From Felis catus (lineage: Eukaryota), in NCBI RefSeq assembly GCF_018350175.1, contig NC_058368.1, positions 196,976,001 to 197,040,000 of the forward strand: 64,000 nucleotides of DNA. The letters run 5' to 3'. Below the pieces are notes generated by a model. The model saw nothing but the letters and a program-made list of their open reading frames with translations. It was not told the origin of the DNA and did not search any database. Position 1 is the first letter of the stretch. Each line of letters begins with the position of its first letter. Made by a program: the position numbers and the translations under genes. Positions 36,593 to 49,300 of this stretch are shown piece by piece.

Positions 36593-36830
36593 TGAAATGA
36601 CCCCAAGTGTTGGCCGTGATGCCCATGGGACAGCTACAGTCCAGAGTTCACTCTGAACTCTAACACCTGTGTGAGATGTGATTTCCTATTGGACCCGGTC
36701 AGTCACAATTTGGGGGCCTGAAGGGGAGAGGTGGCCGTGGCTAGGCTCCTCAGTTCACGAGTTGGTCCCACCCCAGGGGGTCTTACCTTGTGGGACTCTT
36801 CCATCCGTAACTTTCCACAGCTGAGTTTCT

Positions 36831-37084
36831 TATTTATTTATTTATTTATTTATTTATTTTATTTTTATTTTTATTTTTTAACGTTTGTTTATTTTTGAGA
36901 CAGAGAGAGACAGAGCATGAACAGGGGAGGGGCAGAGAGAGAGGGAAACACAGAGAGAGGGAAACAGGCTCCAGGCTCTGAGCTGTCAGCACAGAGCCCG
37001 ACGCGGGGCTCGAACTCAAGGACCATGAGATCATGACCTGAGCCGAAGTCGGCCGCTTAACCGACCAAGCCACCCAGGCGCCCC
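36831..37084 (-). mobile_element. Feline Can-SINE with TSD CCACAGCTGAGTTTCT
   Basis: TSD 36815-36830 and 37086-37101. Confidence 0.96.
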
Positions 37085-37223
37085 GCCACAGCTGAGTTTC
37101 TAGACATAGCATGGAAACTTCCTGGGGCTTCTGACTGCCCTGAGGTGGGTCCTGACTGATGTCTATGCTGGCCTCTGGAAATAGCTGACAACCAAGGCAC
37201 TTGGGGATTATCTCAGCTGGGGT

Positions 37224-37819
37224 TGTGTTCTAGACTCAATTGTGTCCTCCCCAGCTCAATTCATGTTGAAATCCCAACCCCCAGTGACTCAGAATGTGGC
37301 GGTATTGGGAGATAGAGGCTTTAAAGAGGTAATTAAGGGGGCGCCTGGGTGGCTCAGCTCGGTCAGGCATCACACTCTTGATTTCGGCTCAGGTCGCGAT
37401 TTCACGGTTCGCGGGGTCAGGCCCGCATTGCGCTCTCCGCTGACGACACGGAGCCTGCTTGGGATTCTCTCTCTCCCTCTCTGTCTGCCCCTCCCCTGCT
37501 CGCGCTCTGTCTTTCTCTCTCAAAATAAATAGGCAAACATTAAAAATCATAAAGAGGTAATTAAGGTTACATGAGGTCATTGGTTGGTCCCTGATCCAAT
37601 ATGACTGGTTTATAAGAAGAGGAAATTAGGACACACACACACACACAGAGCGAAGACACGGCCACCTACAAGCCGAGGAGAGAGGCCCCAGAAGAAACCA
37701 ACCTCGCTGACGCCTTGATCTTCCGCTTCCAGCCTCCGGAACTGCGAGAAGATAAAATTCTCTTGTCTTAGCTGCCCCAGTCTGATACTTTGCTGTGACA
37801 GCCCAAACACACGGAAACA
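37224..37819 (+). mobile_element. MLT1A-like solo LTR with an inserted Can-SINE (~37338-37548, +)
   Basis: AATTGTGTCCTCCCC...CCAGCCTCCGGAACTGCGAGAAGATAAATTC; TAAAGAGGTAATTAAGG duplicated around the SINE. Confidence 0.9.
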
Positions 37820-38059
37820 GGCTGTCGGTTTCTTCCCCGCCTTCTCCTCCTCCCCCTCCTCCCGTGTTCCCAAGAAACAAACAGGGCACAAGTCGAGGGT
37901 CCAGCACTTTATTAGAATCACGGGGCACAGAACCGACCGCTTGGGTCTCACCGAGGGGTTGTCTTACCCCCTCCCCGGGAAGCCCCGGGGAGACAGCCCT
38001 GCCTGGTAGGGCAGGCCAGTGGGAGGGAGGGGGCAAGGGCAGGTTAGAAGTATAAACAC

Positions 38060-38280
38060 AGACGTGGTGGGTTCCCAGCTCGGTGTCAGGTGGGTGATCT
38101 GGGGCGAGTCTCTTAACCTGTCCGAGCCTTGCCTTCCTGGCCTGTGACATGGAGTCAATGACAGAACCTTCCTCACCGGGTTGTTGGGAGACTGGGTGAG
38201 ACAATGCCTGTGAAGGGTCTAACACGGTGCCTGGCAGATTGCAAACAGTCAATGAGTGGGAGCTGCTACGATTATTTATT
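38060..38280 (+). mobile_element. MIR SINE
   Basis: CTTAACCTGTCCGAGCCT...GGGTTGTTGGGAG...AACACGGTGCCTGGCA. Confidence 0.7.
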
Positions 38281-38843
38281 AGGAGAGAGTCAGTGAGCTC
38301 CGTGCTCAGACGGCTCCAGTCTGTGAATGAGGGGGAGGGGATCTCATCCTTCCTAAATGTCTCGGATGTGGCCTGCCGGGAAGACAGGCCAGGTCACAGG
38401 TGAGAGCCACTTGGTCCCTGGGAGTACAGGGATCAGACCTGCAGGTGAGGATTCTGGGGCCATGGCACCTACTGTCCCCACCAACTCCATTGAAAAGCAC
38501 TAGGAAGAATTTGCAGAAAGTTCTAGTGCAGCGCCTGGACTGCCTTGCGTCTCGGGCATTTGCTCGCTGGCATTCCCTGCGTCTGTTCAGACAGAGCTTC
38601 TCTTTATTTTTATTTTTTTGTAGTTTTTGCTTTTGGCTAACGACTCGCCGTGGGCCACCGAACTTGGAATCAACTCTGGCTGTGCCTTTGGCTGCCTGGG
38701 TGAACTTGGGCTGGTCATTTCACCTGTCAGCCTCACCAACCACAACTGAGAGCTTTGAGGACAAAGCCAGGTTACAGAAGTAAGCTCTAAGTGGTGGAGG
38801 CGTCACAGGTAATGAGGTGATGGATGGGCTAATGCATTCACAG

Positions 38844-38871
38844 GGTGTGTGTGTGTGTGTGTGTGTGTGTG
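38844..38871. repeat. (TG)n microsatellite
   Basis: Directly visible. Confidence 0.95.
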
Positions 38872-38915
38872 AGGGAGAGTCCCAGTGTTCCCGGAGTAAG
38901 TAGAGACAGGTATTA

Positions 38916-38929
38916 CCACAAGAGGGCGC
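38916..38929 (+). promoter_or_regulatory. CTCF motif
   Basis: CCACAAGAGGGCGC, identical to 35179-35192. Confidence 0.6.
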
Positions 38930-41142
38930 TCTGGGCCTTTTGTCTTCTGGGCTTTGATTGAAAAAAGTTTTTTTCTGTGGTTGCTTTCCAAATGGAACTA
39001 AGATTTATGGTTTTTAGTTTCTCTAACTGATTTAATAAACCGTTAAAATAAATTCACGTCCGTTCATTAGTTTATCCATTAGGTAGATGCCTTATCGTGG
39101 TCCCTGCCACAGGGCACCCTGGGAAGTGGGGTGAGGGGCAGGGGTGAGGACCGGGAGAAGCATGTACTTTACGGCGACCTGGTTCAAACACTCCTCATCC
39201 GAGTGCCGCGACAGATTTCCCAAGAGTACAGCGGTGGTGAAGTTCCCACATCCAGCCTCATAGGAATGTTACGAATCGGACAAAATGGAAAGAAAAAGCA
39301 GCTTAAAGGTCAAGAACACCGCGTGCAAGCCCTCTTACCTCCAGCGCACCGCCTTCTCCTGGAGCCTCGTCCTGTGCCTGAGCTGAGGTCCCACGGGGAC
39401 AGCTCTGGGTGGGAAGGAGGTGAGTCCAGTTGCTAAACCATGACCTCAAGAACAGTATTTCCAGGAATCCCCATCTTAGCATCTAAGGGATTCCTGGGAA
39501 AACTGGACCGTGAGGACAAGGTGAGAGAGGGGCCTTCAGCACCAAGGCCCCGCCACGTCCCTAAGGACCAGCGGGAGTCTTCCTCGGCTTCCGGCCCCAT
39601 CTGCAGAAGCCAGTGTGGATGCCACGCATTGCAGGGCTGGCTGATTGCTCCAGAAGGAGTGACTGGAACTTCGAGTGCCCTTGGAAAGTACCTTCCCTGC
39701 AGTCAAAGGCCGTGTTGTTGACCAGAAACCATCTGGCATCCCAGCCGTCCCCCTCCTCCCCACCCATGACTGACGGGGGGCTGTATGTGTTCCCGAGTCT
39801 CCAGCCAGAGGGAGGGTTTGAGTCTAAACCCTGGGCAGATCCGGTTCTCAGTCTCCAGCAACTTCCTCCCCTGGTCGTCTCCAGCAAAACCACGTAACCT
39901 CAGCTTTCCTCAGCTGTAAAATGGGACAGGAGAGGACCTCCCGGATAAGGTGAGACAGATACAGTTTGGGAGGAGGGGTGGAGTAAGGCAGTCCATAGGA
40001 TTCGTGGAAACCGGCTAGGTCTGTCTTTGCTGAAAGTGACCCAGGATGTAAGGAGAAGACCAGGTTCATTTATCATGTCCTCGTCTTGCACCCCCACCCG
40101 CAGGTTCCAAAATCACACGCACTGGGTAAGAACACGACCCCGAAAGCGGACAGATTAGGCTACGACCTTGACTAACACGATCATTGTGTGGCCTTGGGGG
40201 AACGGCTTAACTGAGCCTCAGTTTTCTCATCCGTAAAAAGGGGTCGGTAACACTGGCCACCTTCCAAGCTTCTTGGGAGGTTCAATAAGTTTGTGCTTAG
40301 CCCAGAGAGTCTCCTCTGCTGTTCCATGCTTGCCTGAAGCCTCTGAGACGGGTCGGACGTTGCCTGGAGCCAAGGTTAGGCACTCAAAGGATGAGGCGTC
40401 TGAGTCAAAGCTCGGGACCTCGGTCTTTCTGCAAGGGTTTTTAGGAATTGTCCGTCCAGTCCACACAGGATGAATGGGTTTCAGCTCTGCATTATTGCCT
40501 GTAGCTACCCACGACTTAGTGTTGGGAAGGATTTTGAAAGGCGCATCTGAACTCCTCAAGAGAGGATGCCCTGACTGATGAGCGGTGTGTGCCATGGGCT
40601 CAGAGACAGAAAGCAGAGGCGGGGTTGTCCGGATAACGGCCGCCGCCGAATGCCCCAACATCTCACTTCCAGCTGGACAAACGGGGGCGCCCGGAGGGGT
40701 CAGGACTCGCCCCGAATCATGAAGCAGGTAGTGGCCCGGGCAGGCCTGGGGTCCAGGAACGTCCTCAGCACAAGCAGCTGCCAGCATGGAGGCTGGAAAC
40801 ACTCCCCGCCTTCCTGGTGGCCCCGAGCACAGCGGCCACTTACGGCTTCCGGGCTGACAGCTGCAGAACAACTTCTCCCTTCCCGAGCTACAGTGCTTCA
40901 TCTCAGACTCCCAACTGACCAGAGATGCAGCACTGCACCTCAGGCTGGGGGACAGGGCGCCGCTGCTGGGTGCCGGGGGCGTGTGGCGGCCACTCCACCC
41001 TAGGCGGGAGAGGGGGTGTGAGGGGGCCCGTGGCTCCCCCCGCCAGACGCTGCCATAAGTGCCCCCACTGAGCCTCCCGCCCCTGTCCCGTCCGAGCCCT
41101 CTGTGAGGGCCATCCACCCTCGCCCTCCCTTTTCTTTAAAAA

Positions 41143-41340
41143 ATTTTTTTAACATTTATTTACTTTTGAGAGAGAGCACGAGTGGGGGAGGGGCAGAGAG
41201 AGAGAGAGAGAGAGATGGAGAGACAGCATCTCTCCGAGCCGTCGGCATGGAGCCCGACGCGGGGCTCGAACTCACGGACCGCGAGATCATGACCTGAGCT
41301 GAAGTCGGACCCTCAACTGACTGAGCCACCCAGGCGCCCC
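41143..41340 (-). mobile_element. Feline Can-SINE
   Basis: Head CACCCAGGCGCCCC, (GA)n, T tail. Confidence 0.92.
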
Positions 41341-41359
41341 TCTTTTTCTTTTCTTTTTT

Positions 41360-41560
41360 TTAAACCAGCTTTGTCGAGATGTAATCCACATGCCCCCCCC
41401 CCAATTTAAACGTACGACGAAATGGTTTTTAATATGTTCACAAAGTTGTGCCACCACTGTCGCAATTAATTTTAGACCACGTCCTCACCCCCAAGAGAAA
41501 CCCCTTCTCCGTTAGCCCTCGCATCTCCCACCAGCCCTGCTCTGGGCAGGCCGCTTCTGT
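41360..41560 (-). mobile_element. Old L1 (L1MB-like) 3' UTR fragment
   Basis: CAGCTTTGTCGAGATGTAAT...GTTCACAAAGTTGTGCCACCA...CACCCCCAAGAGAAACCCC. Confidence 0.7.
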
Positions 41561-44500
41561 CTTTGCAGAGCAGCCTGGGCTCACCTGATACGGTGGCCCC
41601 ATCCCCACCTTTACCCGCTGCTCATTCGAGCCAGACGGCACCTTCAGGGTACTTGTGTGGACTTCCTGCTCCGGCTCCTCCCGACTCCCCAGCCATCCTT
41701 CTCAGACATCCTTCTGGAACGCTCCTATCGCCTCCACGCTTACGAGCCTGAAAGCGCTCACCCTCCTTCCGGCTGAATTCCCAAACCCTCACCGAAGATC
41801 ACGAGGACCTCTTCCTCTTCTCCGGTGCCCACCACCTCTGGACTCTTAGGGGGTGCTCCCCCTCACGCCCCCTGCTGACTCCTCTCCCAGTGCTCCGTGC
41901 CTACTCAAAAGGCTGCTTTTTCTGGGAAGCCCTCCTCCACCGCCTCAGACATCAGGACGCCCTGGTCAAGGTCCTCACACATGCTGTGTCCACTTTCTAA
42001 TCCTGTGTCACACGTGGTGTGCAATTCTCTTTTCCGACCTCCCCCACTTGTGGGCTGTGTGGCCCACCTGTGAGGGAAGGGACCCGGCTGGCTGGGCTCA
42101 CCACTGAAGGTAGGTTCCCCCGTGTAGACGCTCATTAAGCATTGGTTGAATGGCTGAATTGTTTTCCTCAATCTGTTTCTTTCCGGGGTCAGGCTGCAAA
42201 TGGCATCTGGGCCCGACTGGGCTAGTATCCAGTTCCCCAGGGAGAGCACCCACATTTGTGGGTTTAGGGGTGTCCTTGCTGCGGTCTTTGTATGTGATAC
42301 TGGGCCCCAGGGAATGCCATTTGGTGGATGAATGAATGGCCACGGAGATAAATTGTTTTTCTGTTGAGAGCGGGCTTGGGTGGGAACCTCTGAGTGAGCA
42401 GGCAGAGCTCCCTCGGTCCCTCCTGCCCCGCCAAGTTCTCGGGGAACCCCCAGAGGACCTTCCTGCGTTGCTGGATGTCTACTGTGGTGGCCTTGATATG
42501 TGGCGACATGTGGTGCATGACGTATACTTTCAGAGATATCTGAAGGCATAAGAGGGGAGGCAGTGGGTATCCTCTCCTTAGCAGAGAGCAAAAAACCACA
42601 CACTTCCTTAAAAAAAAGAAAAAAAAAATGTATCTCCTGTGCCTCTATCAGAAATCTGAAATTTGGCCCAAATCAAAAGAGTCTCTCTCTCTGGTCTGCC
42701 ACTTGGAGCAGCTCAGTCCCCACGGCCTCCTGAGAGGGACAGCCCCAACCTGAGGTATTCCCAGCCAAAGAAATGCCTTTCTCTAATATGGAATTCTCCT
42801 GTAGGAACTCTTCCCAAACTGCATTTAGCTGGGGAATGATTCCAACAACCCACCTTCGGGGTCCTGGGCCGCCCACAGCCTGTCCATGCCACTCTGCCAC
42901 CAGCCCTGCGAGAGAACGTGCCGGGCCTGACAGCTTGAAGGTTTCAGTAAGAAGCTGGGGGCCGGGGGCTGTCCCGACAAAGTGAACTTTCCAGGGCCCC
43001 GGGAACCAAGCTGATAAAGCCAGCCTCCCGCGTCCCTTGCTGCACAACTCTTTCTGAAGCCTTCAGCTGCCCACCTTTGGCGTCCCTGCGTCCTCCCCTC
43101 GGGTCTCAGGCCTCAGGCCCAGGCCCTTGCAAGCCACGTACCAGGGGGACGGTAGTCACACCGCCTGGGGCTCGCTCTGCTTTTTCTTGCCTTCGTCTCC
43201 TCGTCACGAGCAGTGTTAGAGTTTCTCATGAACGGTAGCGATTTGTACGTACCTATTGCCAGTGACTCGTGTTCAACGTAAAACTATTGTGCCGGTTTGC
43301 AGATGTGGCAAAAATACGAAAGGGGGCGTCTGCGTGACTGCAGCTCGGGGAGCTGCGCCCCGTGACGCTGGACCTTCAGGACAGCTGGTGAGGCCGGCAG
43401 GGGTATGTTGTGACCTCCACGCGGGGGACTGGGACGGGGAGGAGATGGTTCTGTGGGCACAGCCTGGCTCGAACCAGGGGAGGCGTGGGCTGTTTCTGCA
43501 CATCCCATTAGGCTCCGAATATTGTGGCCGAGAGAGCCCCCCTCCTGGGTATGGAAACAGGAAGTAGATGGGAGGCAGGCCCATGTTCCCGTGGGAGAAA
43601 GTGATGCAGGGACAGGGCTCCATGAGCAGCCTTTGGGGGAAGCTGTTTGCTTCTCCTCTGGCTATAGGCTGCGTACTTCCGTTCCTTGTAGCTAGGAAAA
43701 TCACAGTGACGCCGACTGTAATAAGGACAGTCATTTGTTGGCTGTTTTAATTGTGCTAATCCCCTCGTATCCCCAAGGCTCTGTGAGAAGGGAATTTTCC
43801 AAGGCCACGGAGTTAGGAGCTGAGCTGGGTTCCTAACTCAGAACAGCCAACCCCGGCTCCCTCGTCTTAACCTCTATGCCGAATGTCTCCTCCCCTGGCC
43901 AATTTACCAATCCTTTGGGTTTGAGACAGGGTCTCACCATTTCACCTCCCCATCCAGCAAGCCTAGGGTGACTTCTATGTGCCGAGGGGAGGTGGGACTG
44001 ATGTCCTTGCCCTGGAGGAGTGCAGTCAGGCTGAGATGGAAGAAGAATGTCCCTGGCAAGGTGAATAGGGCACAGATCCAAGTGGCACCAGGGACAGCCT
44101 AAGAAAGGACTGCCAAGGTCTTAGAGGACAAAGAGGTTCCCGCCCCAGGGGGGGAGCTGGGAGGACTTCCTGGAGGAGGAGGTGGTAGGCTGGGAGGAGG
44201 GGCAGAGATGCAGGAAGCATGTCCTCTTGCCCAAGAACTCTTCCCTTGAGTCTCTCTTACTTGTCCAGCAGGCAGACAGTGCTGGCCCTGACCCCTGGTC
44301 TCCTTCAGATGAGAAGGAGGTCGACAGCCCTCCTATTCCACTTACCCCACCAGAGGCTCCTTCTTACTCTTGGTCCCCAGTCAGGAGACAGCGGGCCATT
44401 TGGGAGACCTGAGTTCTACCGGTGTGGTCACTTCTCCCACGTGCTTCCCCTCTCTGTGGCTCCCTTTCCCCTGTGTCCAAGGAGACACTTGAGCAGGTGG

Positions 44501-44745
44501 CCTTAGACTCATAGCGGGCGGATTCTTACCTGGTGCCGGCTGTTGGCAATCTGCGACGTTGCTCCCAGAAACGGGCCAATTTCCCCTCACTGCTCCCTAC
44601 TGTCTTCAGGAAATGTCGCCAAGCCCAGCCCGGGGGAGCCTCTGTCTTCTTGGGAAGCTCTGGGGAGGCTGGGAAGGAGAAAATAAACAGTGGCTGTCTG
44701 GGTTTTCTCGCCAGGCCCAAGTGAGGAGGCCTCCCCAGCTCCTTC

Positions 44746-44755
44746 CCTTATATGG
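44746..44755. promoter_or_regulatory. Perfect CArG box (SRF site)
   Basis: CCTTATATGG matches CC(A/T)6GG. Confidence 0.45.
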
Positions 44756-44985
44756 GCAGGCTGCTCTGGGCCAGAGCCGTCACTGTCACTGCACTCCCCC
44801 ACCCTCCACCACCACTGAGGGCTGGGGGCCACTGCTGGGCACCTGGGCCTCTGGTGCTGCCGAGGCTGCGGCAGGGCTTGAAGGTACGGGGTGGGTCCCA
44901 GGATATGTCTCCATAGTTGCCTCTATTGCTTAGCCGCCTGTCGTGGCCTCTAGGCTACTTGGGGTGGAGCCCGTGGGGAGGATTT

Positions 44986-45190
44986 TTTTTTTTAATGTTT
45001 ATTCATTTTTGAGAGAGAGCGTGAGCGGGGGAGGGGCAGAGAGAGAGGGAGACACAGAATCGGAAGCAGGCTCCAGGCTCTGAGCTGTCAGCACAGGGCC
45101 TGAGGCAGGGCTCGAACTCACGAATTGTGACATCGTGACCTGAGCCAAAGTCAGAAGCTTAACCTAACGGACTGAGCCAGCCAGCCCCCT
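44986..45190 (-). mobile_element. Can-SINE with TSD CCGTGGGGAGGATTT
   Basis: Flanking duplication near 44971 and 45210. Confidence 0.9.
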
Positions 45191-46339
45191 CCCCACCCCC
45201 CCACCCCCACCGTGGGGAGGATTTATACTGGGATGAGGGGTGGAGGAAGAGAGTTTCTACCTGGTCCCGACTTAATCCCCAACTCGCACTGTGACCTTGG
45301 CCAGGCCTTTTCCCTCTCCCACCTCTGTGTCTCCCTGTGTCAAATGAGGGTATGGAAAGCACTAACTAATCCTCATGGTGAGTCCCACGAAGGGGAGCTT
45401 CTGTACCTCCATTTCGCAGAAGGGAAAACAGGCTTGGCGAGGCCAGCTGGACTAAGGGTTTGAACTTGGGGCTGTCGGCCTTCAGGGTCTGTGTTTGGAA
45501 TGGGCTGCTTGCCAAGGCTGCTCTCGCTGTAATATTCAGCCGATCACCTGTGCCATATGCAAAAGGCATCTATCTACTGGTGCCGCTCCCTCAGAAGACC
45601 GGGGGCCCCCCAGTGCCCAGCGGCCAAGCCCAAAGGAGCCTGACCTGTTTAGCGATGGGCGCACCAAGGCGTTCATCCCGGTGTTCCCAGCACCCCATTC
45701 GGGGCTGGAGCAGACTCAGGGCTCACGAAAGGGGAGCTGTGGAATCCCTGAATAGCAGACGTCAGCAGTCACATCTGTGCCATGGGCACAATCTCTCAAC
45801 TCCCAGGGCCACTCTCATGATGGAACAAAACGATGCACGAGAACGCACTGAGATGTCACCTTTATAATCGGCATTGTCTCTGTTCATAAGCTCCTTTTTC
45901 TCTCTCTCTTGTGTCTTGTCCCCAGGCCATCTTCTCCCAGGCTGACCAGTTCTCGCCTGCCCAGCTGTGGGACTGACGAGGATGGGTCTGCTGGGAGCCG
46001 GGGCTCTGGGCCCTGGCGGCAGTGATCACGGGAGAGGCTTTGGGAAGGGAGGTGGGAGGGGAGGAGGGGACGGGCTGCTGGGAACAGCTCAGAGACGAGC
46101 CTTGCACAAGCACCGACATCCTGTGTGCTCTTGGGCCAGCCCATCCGTCATCCCGGCATCCTCTCAGACCCCCGGCCCTCTTCCTGGGGGCCCAGGGGCA
46201 GGTCTCCAGGATGGAGGACAGACTGTCAGCGTGGCCGAGGGACAGCAGCTGGCCGCCCCGCAGGTCTGCTCAGTGTCGGAGCTGGACAGTGCAGGCGGGG
46301 GGGGGGGGGGGGAGGGGAGGAGCGGGGAGATGTGTCTGC

Positions 46340-46636
46340 AGCCCTCCTAATCCAATTTGTTCAGGCCAGGGCTCTGACGCTCATTGGCTAGCGAGTGAGG
46401 GCCCGGGGGCGTGTGCTGTGCGGGGGCCCACGTTTGCTCGCACAAACGAGCGTGGGGCGTGTGCAGAGGTGAACAGGTGTGCTGCGTTATATAAGCCAGG
46501 CCTGGGCCTCGTCACCTGTCCTGGAGCGTCAGCTCCCTGCCAGAGCCCTGCCTCCCCCTCTCCCGCCATCAGGTCTTTGTCCGCTTTTTCCAACCCTCCT
46601 GAGACCCGGTGCCAGAACCCCGCTCTGAGAGTGAGC
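46340..46636 (+). promoter_or_regulatory. Candidate Pol II TATA promoter and non-coding first exon (~46514-46630) of an unidentified gene
   Basis: TAATCC 46348, CCAAT 46352, NF-Y CTCATTGGCT 46380-46389, GGGGCGTG at 46406 and 46454, TATATAA 46488-46494, pyrimidine-rich leader, donor AGA|GTGAGC at 46630/46631, local CpG enrichment. Confidence 0.6.
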
Positions 46637-49109
46637 GCCTCGGCTTCTCTCTGCCTCCGTGTCTCTACCTGCCTCAGGGAGCTGGTACCTCACCCCTGCC
46701 TGCTCCACCCGCGGGGAGTGAAAGCTGGCGAGTGTTGAAGAATGTGGTAGAAGGGACGAAAGCTATGACGGGTTTCTTGGGCTTCGCCGCGTGCCCAGCA
46801 GCGGGCACACGCCTGACCTCACAGACCCTTTCGAGGCCCTGTGAGCTGGTTATCACCAGGCTCACCACGCCCAGGTCTGTCTGCTTCTAGAGCCCCACCC
46901 TGTGTACTCCTTCCCAGGGAATTCTGCTGTCCTCCCCCAAGGCTGTGGTTCGCCGTAGCGCAGAGGCTTTCCTTGCTAGCTTGTAGGGAGCGTAGGGTGG
47001 GGTGGATTTCTAGCTCCGGCTTGGTTTTCCCTTCTCTGACTTCACTTCTTTTCTCCTACAACCCACATGTAGCAGCTTTGATGGCCCGCACCCCCTCCGT
47101 CAGCAGGGCCTTCCTTCGACTCTTCCCAGTGCAAGGCCTGGTTTCCTGGTCATTCTGAGGGTCGGGATGGGGAGGTATCCTGGGGCGCAGGGCTGTTGCG
47201 GGAGCCCCCAGTGGCAGGGCTGGGGCTGTGGAAGGCGTGGGGGAGGCACTCACAGCTCTGTTTTCAGGGCCTTTGCCGCCTGCCCTCCTCTCTGGTCCTC
47301 AGGAGGCCCTCTCTGGGGTGCTTGCTCGTCCAATGTCAGCGTTGCAAGAGTGGCTCCCACCGGCCAGTGCCCTTGCCTGAAAGAAACAAAGATACAGCCT
47401 TTCAGAAGGAGGCTGGGGAGCCCTGTGGCCAGAGCCCTGCCGTCTGTAGGTCCTGACTGGGCTTCCGGGCTCTGAGGGACTGAATATGGGCCTGGCTTCC
47501 TGCTTGGTCCCCAGAAGTCTGAGGCTGAGGCTGTTAGGATCTTCCACGCTCCAAAGAGCCTGCTCCCCAGTCCCTAGGCAGCCACTGTCCCCACTTTACC
47601 TGCCCGGCTTTCCAAGGGAGTGTTCTGAGCGGCTCTAAGCTTCAAGAGCAGCAGGGGCCACGGTCCCTTCCCAGCACACTAAGGCCCCAACGCGAAACAA
47701 TGGGTCTGGAAGAAAGTTTCCCAGAGGACCCTCTGACCAATGGCTCCACCTCCGGCCTCAGACGTCAGAAAGCAGCCATTTAGGGGTAGGTCCAAACTTT
47801 GGGTTACCACAGTGGCCAAGGCCGAGGGGACAGCCCTTGGGCTGCCCGTGACCGCTTCGAGCTGCACAAGGCTTTCACCCTGCAAAGTGCTTCCTTCCAT
47901 AACTGAAGGTACCACCTCCGCCAGGGGTAGGAGTAACTTCCCCGCTTAACCGAGGTTCTCAGTGGCTCTGCAGTGTGCCCAGCGTCATCCACTGGCAAGA
48001 ATCAGAGGGAAGCTTGAACCCAGGGCGGCTCACGCTCCATCCAGCCTGAGCGGCGGCCTGCTGGATGACCCCGAAACAAAGCTCACATCGTTACGGTCAT
48101 TGCAAAAGCCGCTGTGCCCTCTGCTGGCTTTGCTCACTTCCAAGAAACACGAGGGCCTGGGAATGGGCCACATCTGGGAGCCAGATGGCACCACAGTGGG
48201 AGAGGGCTGAGCTCGAAGCTCCTCGCAAGCACAGGAAACCGTGCCCACAGCCAGGTCCCCCTGGAGGGGCTTCCTTGCCCTCAGCTCCCCTTCCTTGCTC
48301 CCTCACGCATGTACACGGATTGCAGCCTGTGTCCTCCTTGGACTCCAGGGTCCTGGGATTTCCACCATACGTTTGCAAAGAACAGAGAACCCAGGCCCTG
48401 CAGCCAGGCAGGTCTGCACCGAACCTCCCCCTAGCTCTTTCTAGCTGTGTGACCAAGAGCTGGTGGCTTCACCTCTCTGAACTTGGTCCCCGACCTCAGG
48501 CTTGTTTGTGAAGGTCAGCTGAGGTCCGTGTCAAGTGCAGGCGCAGTTGCTGGCATGTAGGGAGCCCACATACATGGCTGCGTTTCCATTATGAGCCCGG
48601 GGCTGGACCCACAGTGAGGCATAGGCTTGGGAGGGAGGGAAGCAGGAAGGATGGGGGCAAAGGTCCAGAGAGGCATCCACAGAAGATGTGGATGCTGGGG
48701 TGGGAGCCACCACGTGGGGCCCCTTTCCATGTCCCCTCTGTGATGCGGCTTCTCCGGGCCTCTGTTTCCCAGGGCGCCCTCCCACCCCCTTGACACCCCA
48801 GCGGAGTTCACTAGCCTCACACGCTCCCTACTTCCTCCCCAGGGAAGGCTGCTGCTGGGGACTTTTGAGCAAGCCCTGGGAATGCAGTTTGAGGCTGAAC
48901 TGAGAGTGATGGAGGAAGAGAGGGAGAGGAAGGGGGTTCCACCTGCCTGGCCCCTAATACCAAGCCTGGTGCTCAGGCCCCGGGAGGTTGGGGGCTAGAG
49001 GACCCCCGTGCTTCTCATTCACCGTGACCTTCCAGTGAGAACAAAGGCAGGGACACACAGTGACAGTTACAGTAGCCACCACCCACTTACGCCGGGACCT
49101 GCTGTGATC

Positions 49110-49300
49110 CTAACAAGAGCTTTCGACGCGCCCCACGCTCGCTAAGTGCTTTGCACTGGCTTTCTCACAATCACGTAGAGGAGTTGTGTACCGTTTTCAC
49201 TCCCATTTTCCAGACGGAGAAACTGAGGCTCGCAGAGGTCATAGCGCTCCCTCAAGGTCACACGGCCGGTGAGCGTCAGGCTCAGGATGGGCTTCGGCCA
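49110..49300 (-). mobile_element. MIR SINE
   Basis: CCCATTTTCCAGACGGAGAAACTGAGGCTC...CAAGGTCACAC. Confidence 0.8.

Noticed and set aside
40227..41117. Longest ORF (296 aa, minus)
   Set aside because: Pro/Gly/Ser/Ala-rich with no recognisable domain, ends inside a MIR; expected by chance in GC-rich DNA.
39535..44100. REST/RE1-like sites (TTCAGCACC at 39535; GCACCAGGGACAGC at 44085)
   Set aside because: Each matches only part of the 21-bp consensus.
46022..46738. 238-aa plus-strand ORF
   Set aside because: Non-ATG start, reads through a G homopolymer and the promoter motifs; no homology recognised.
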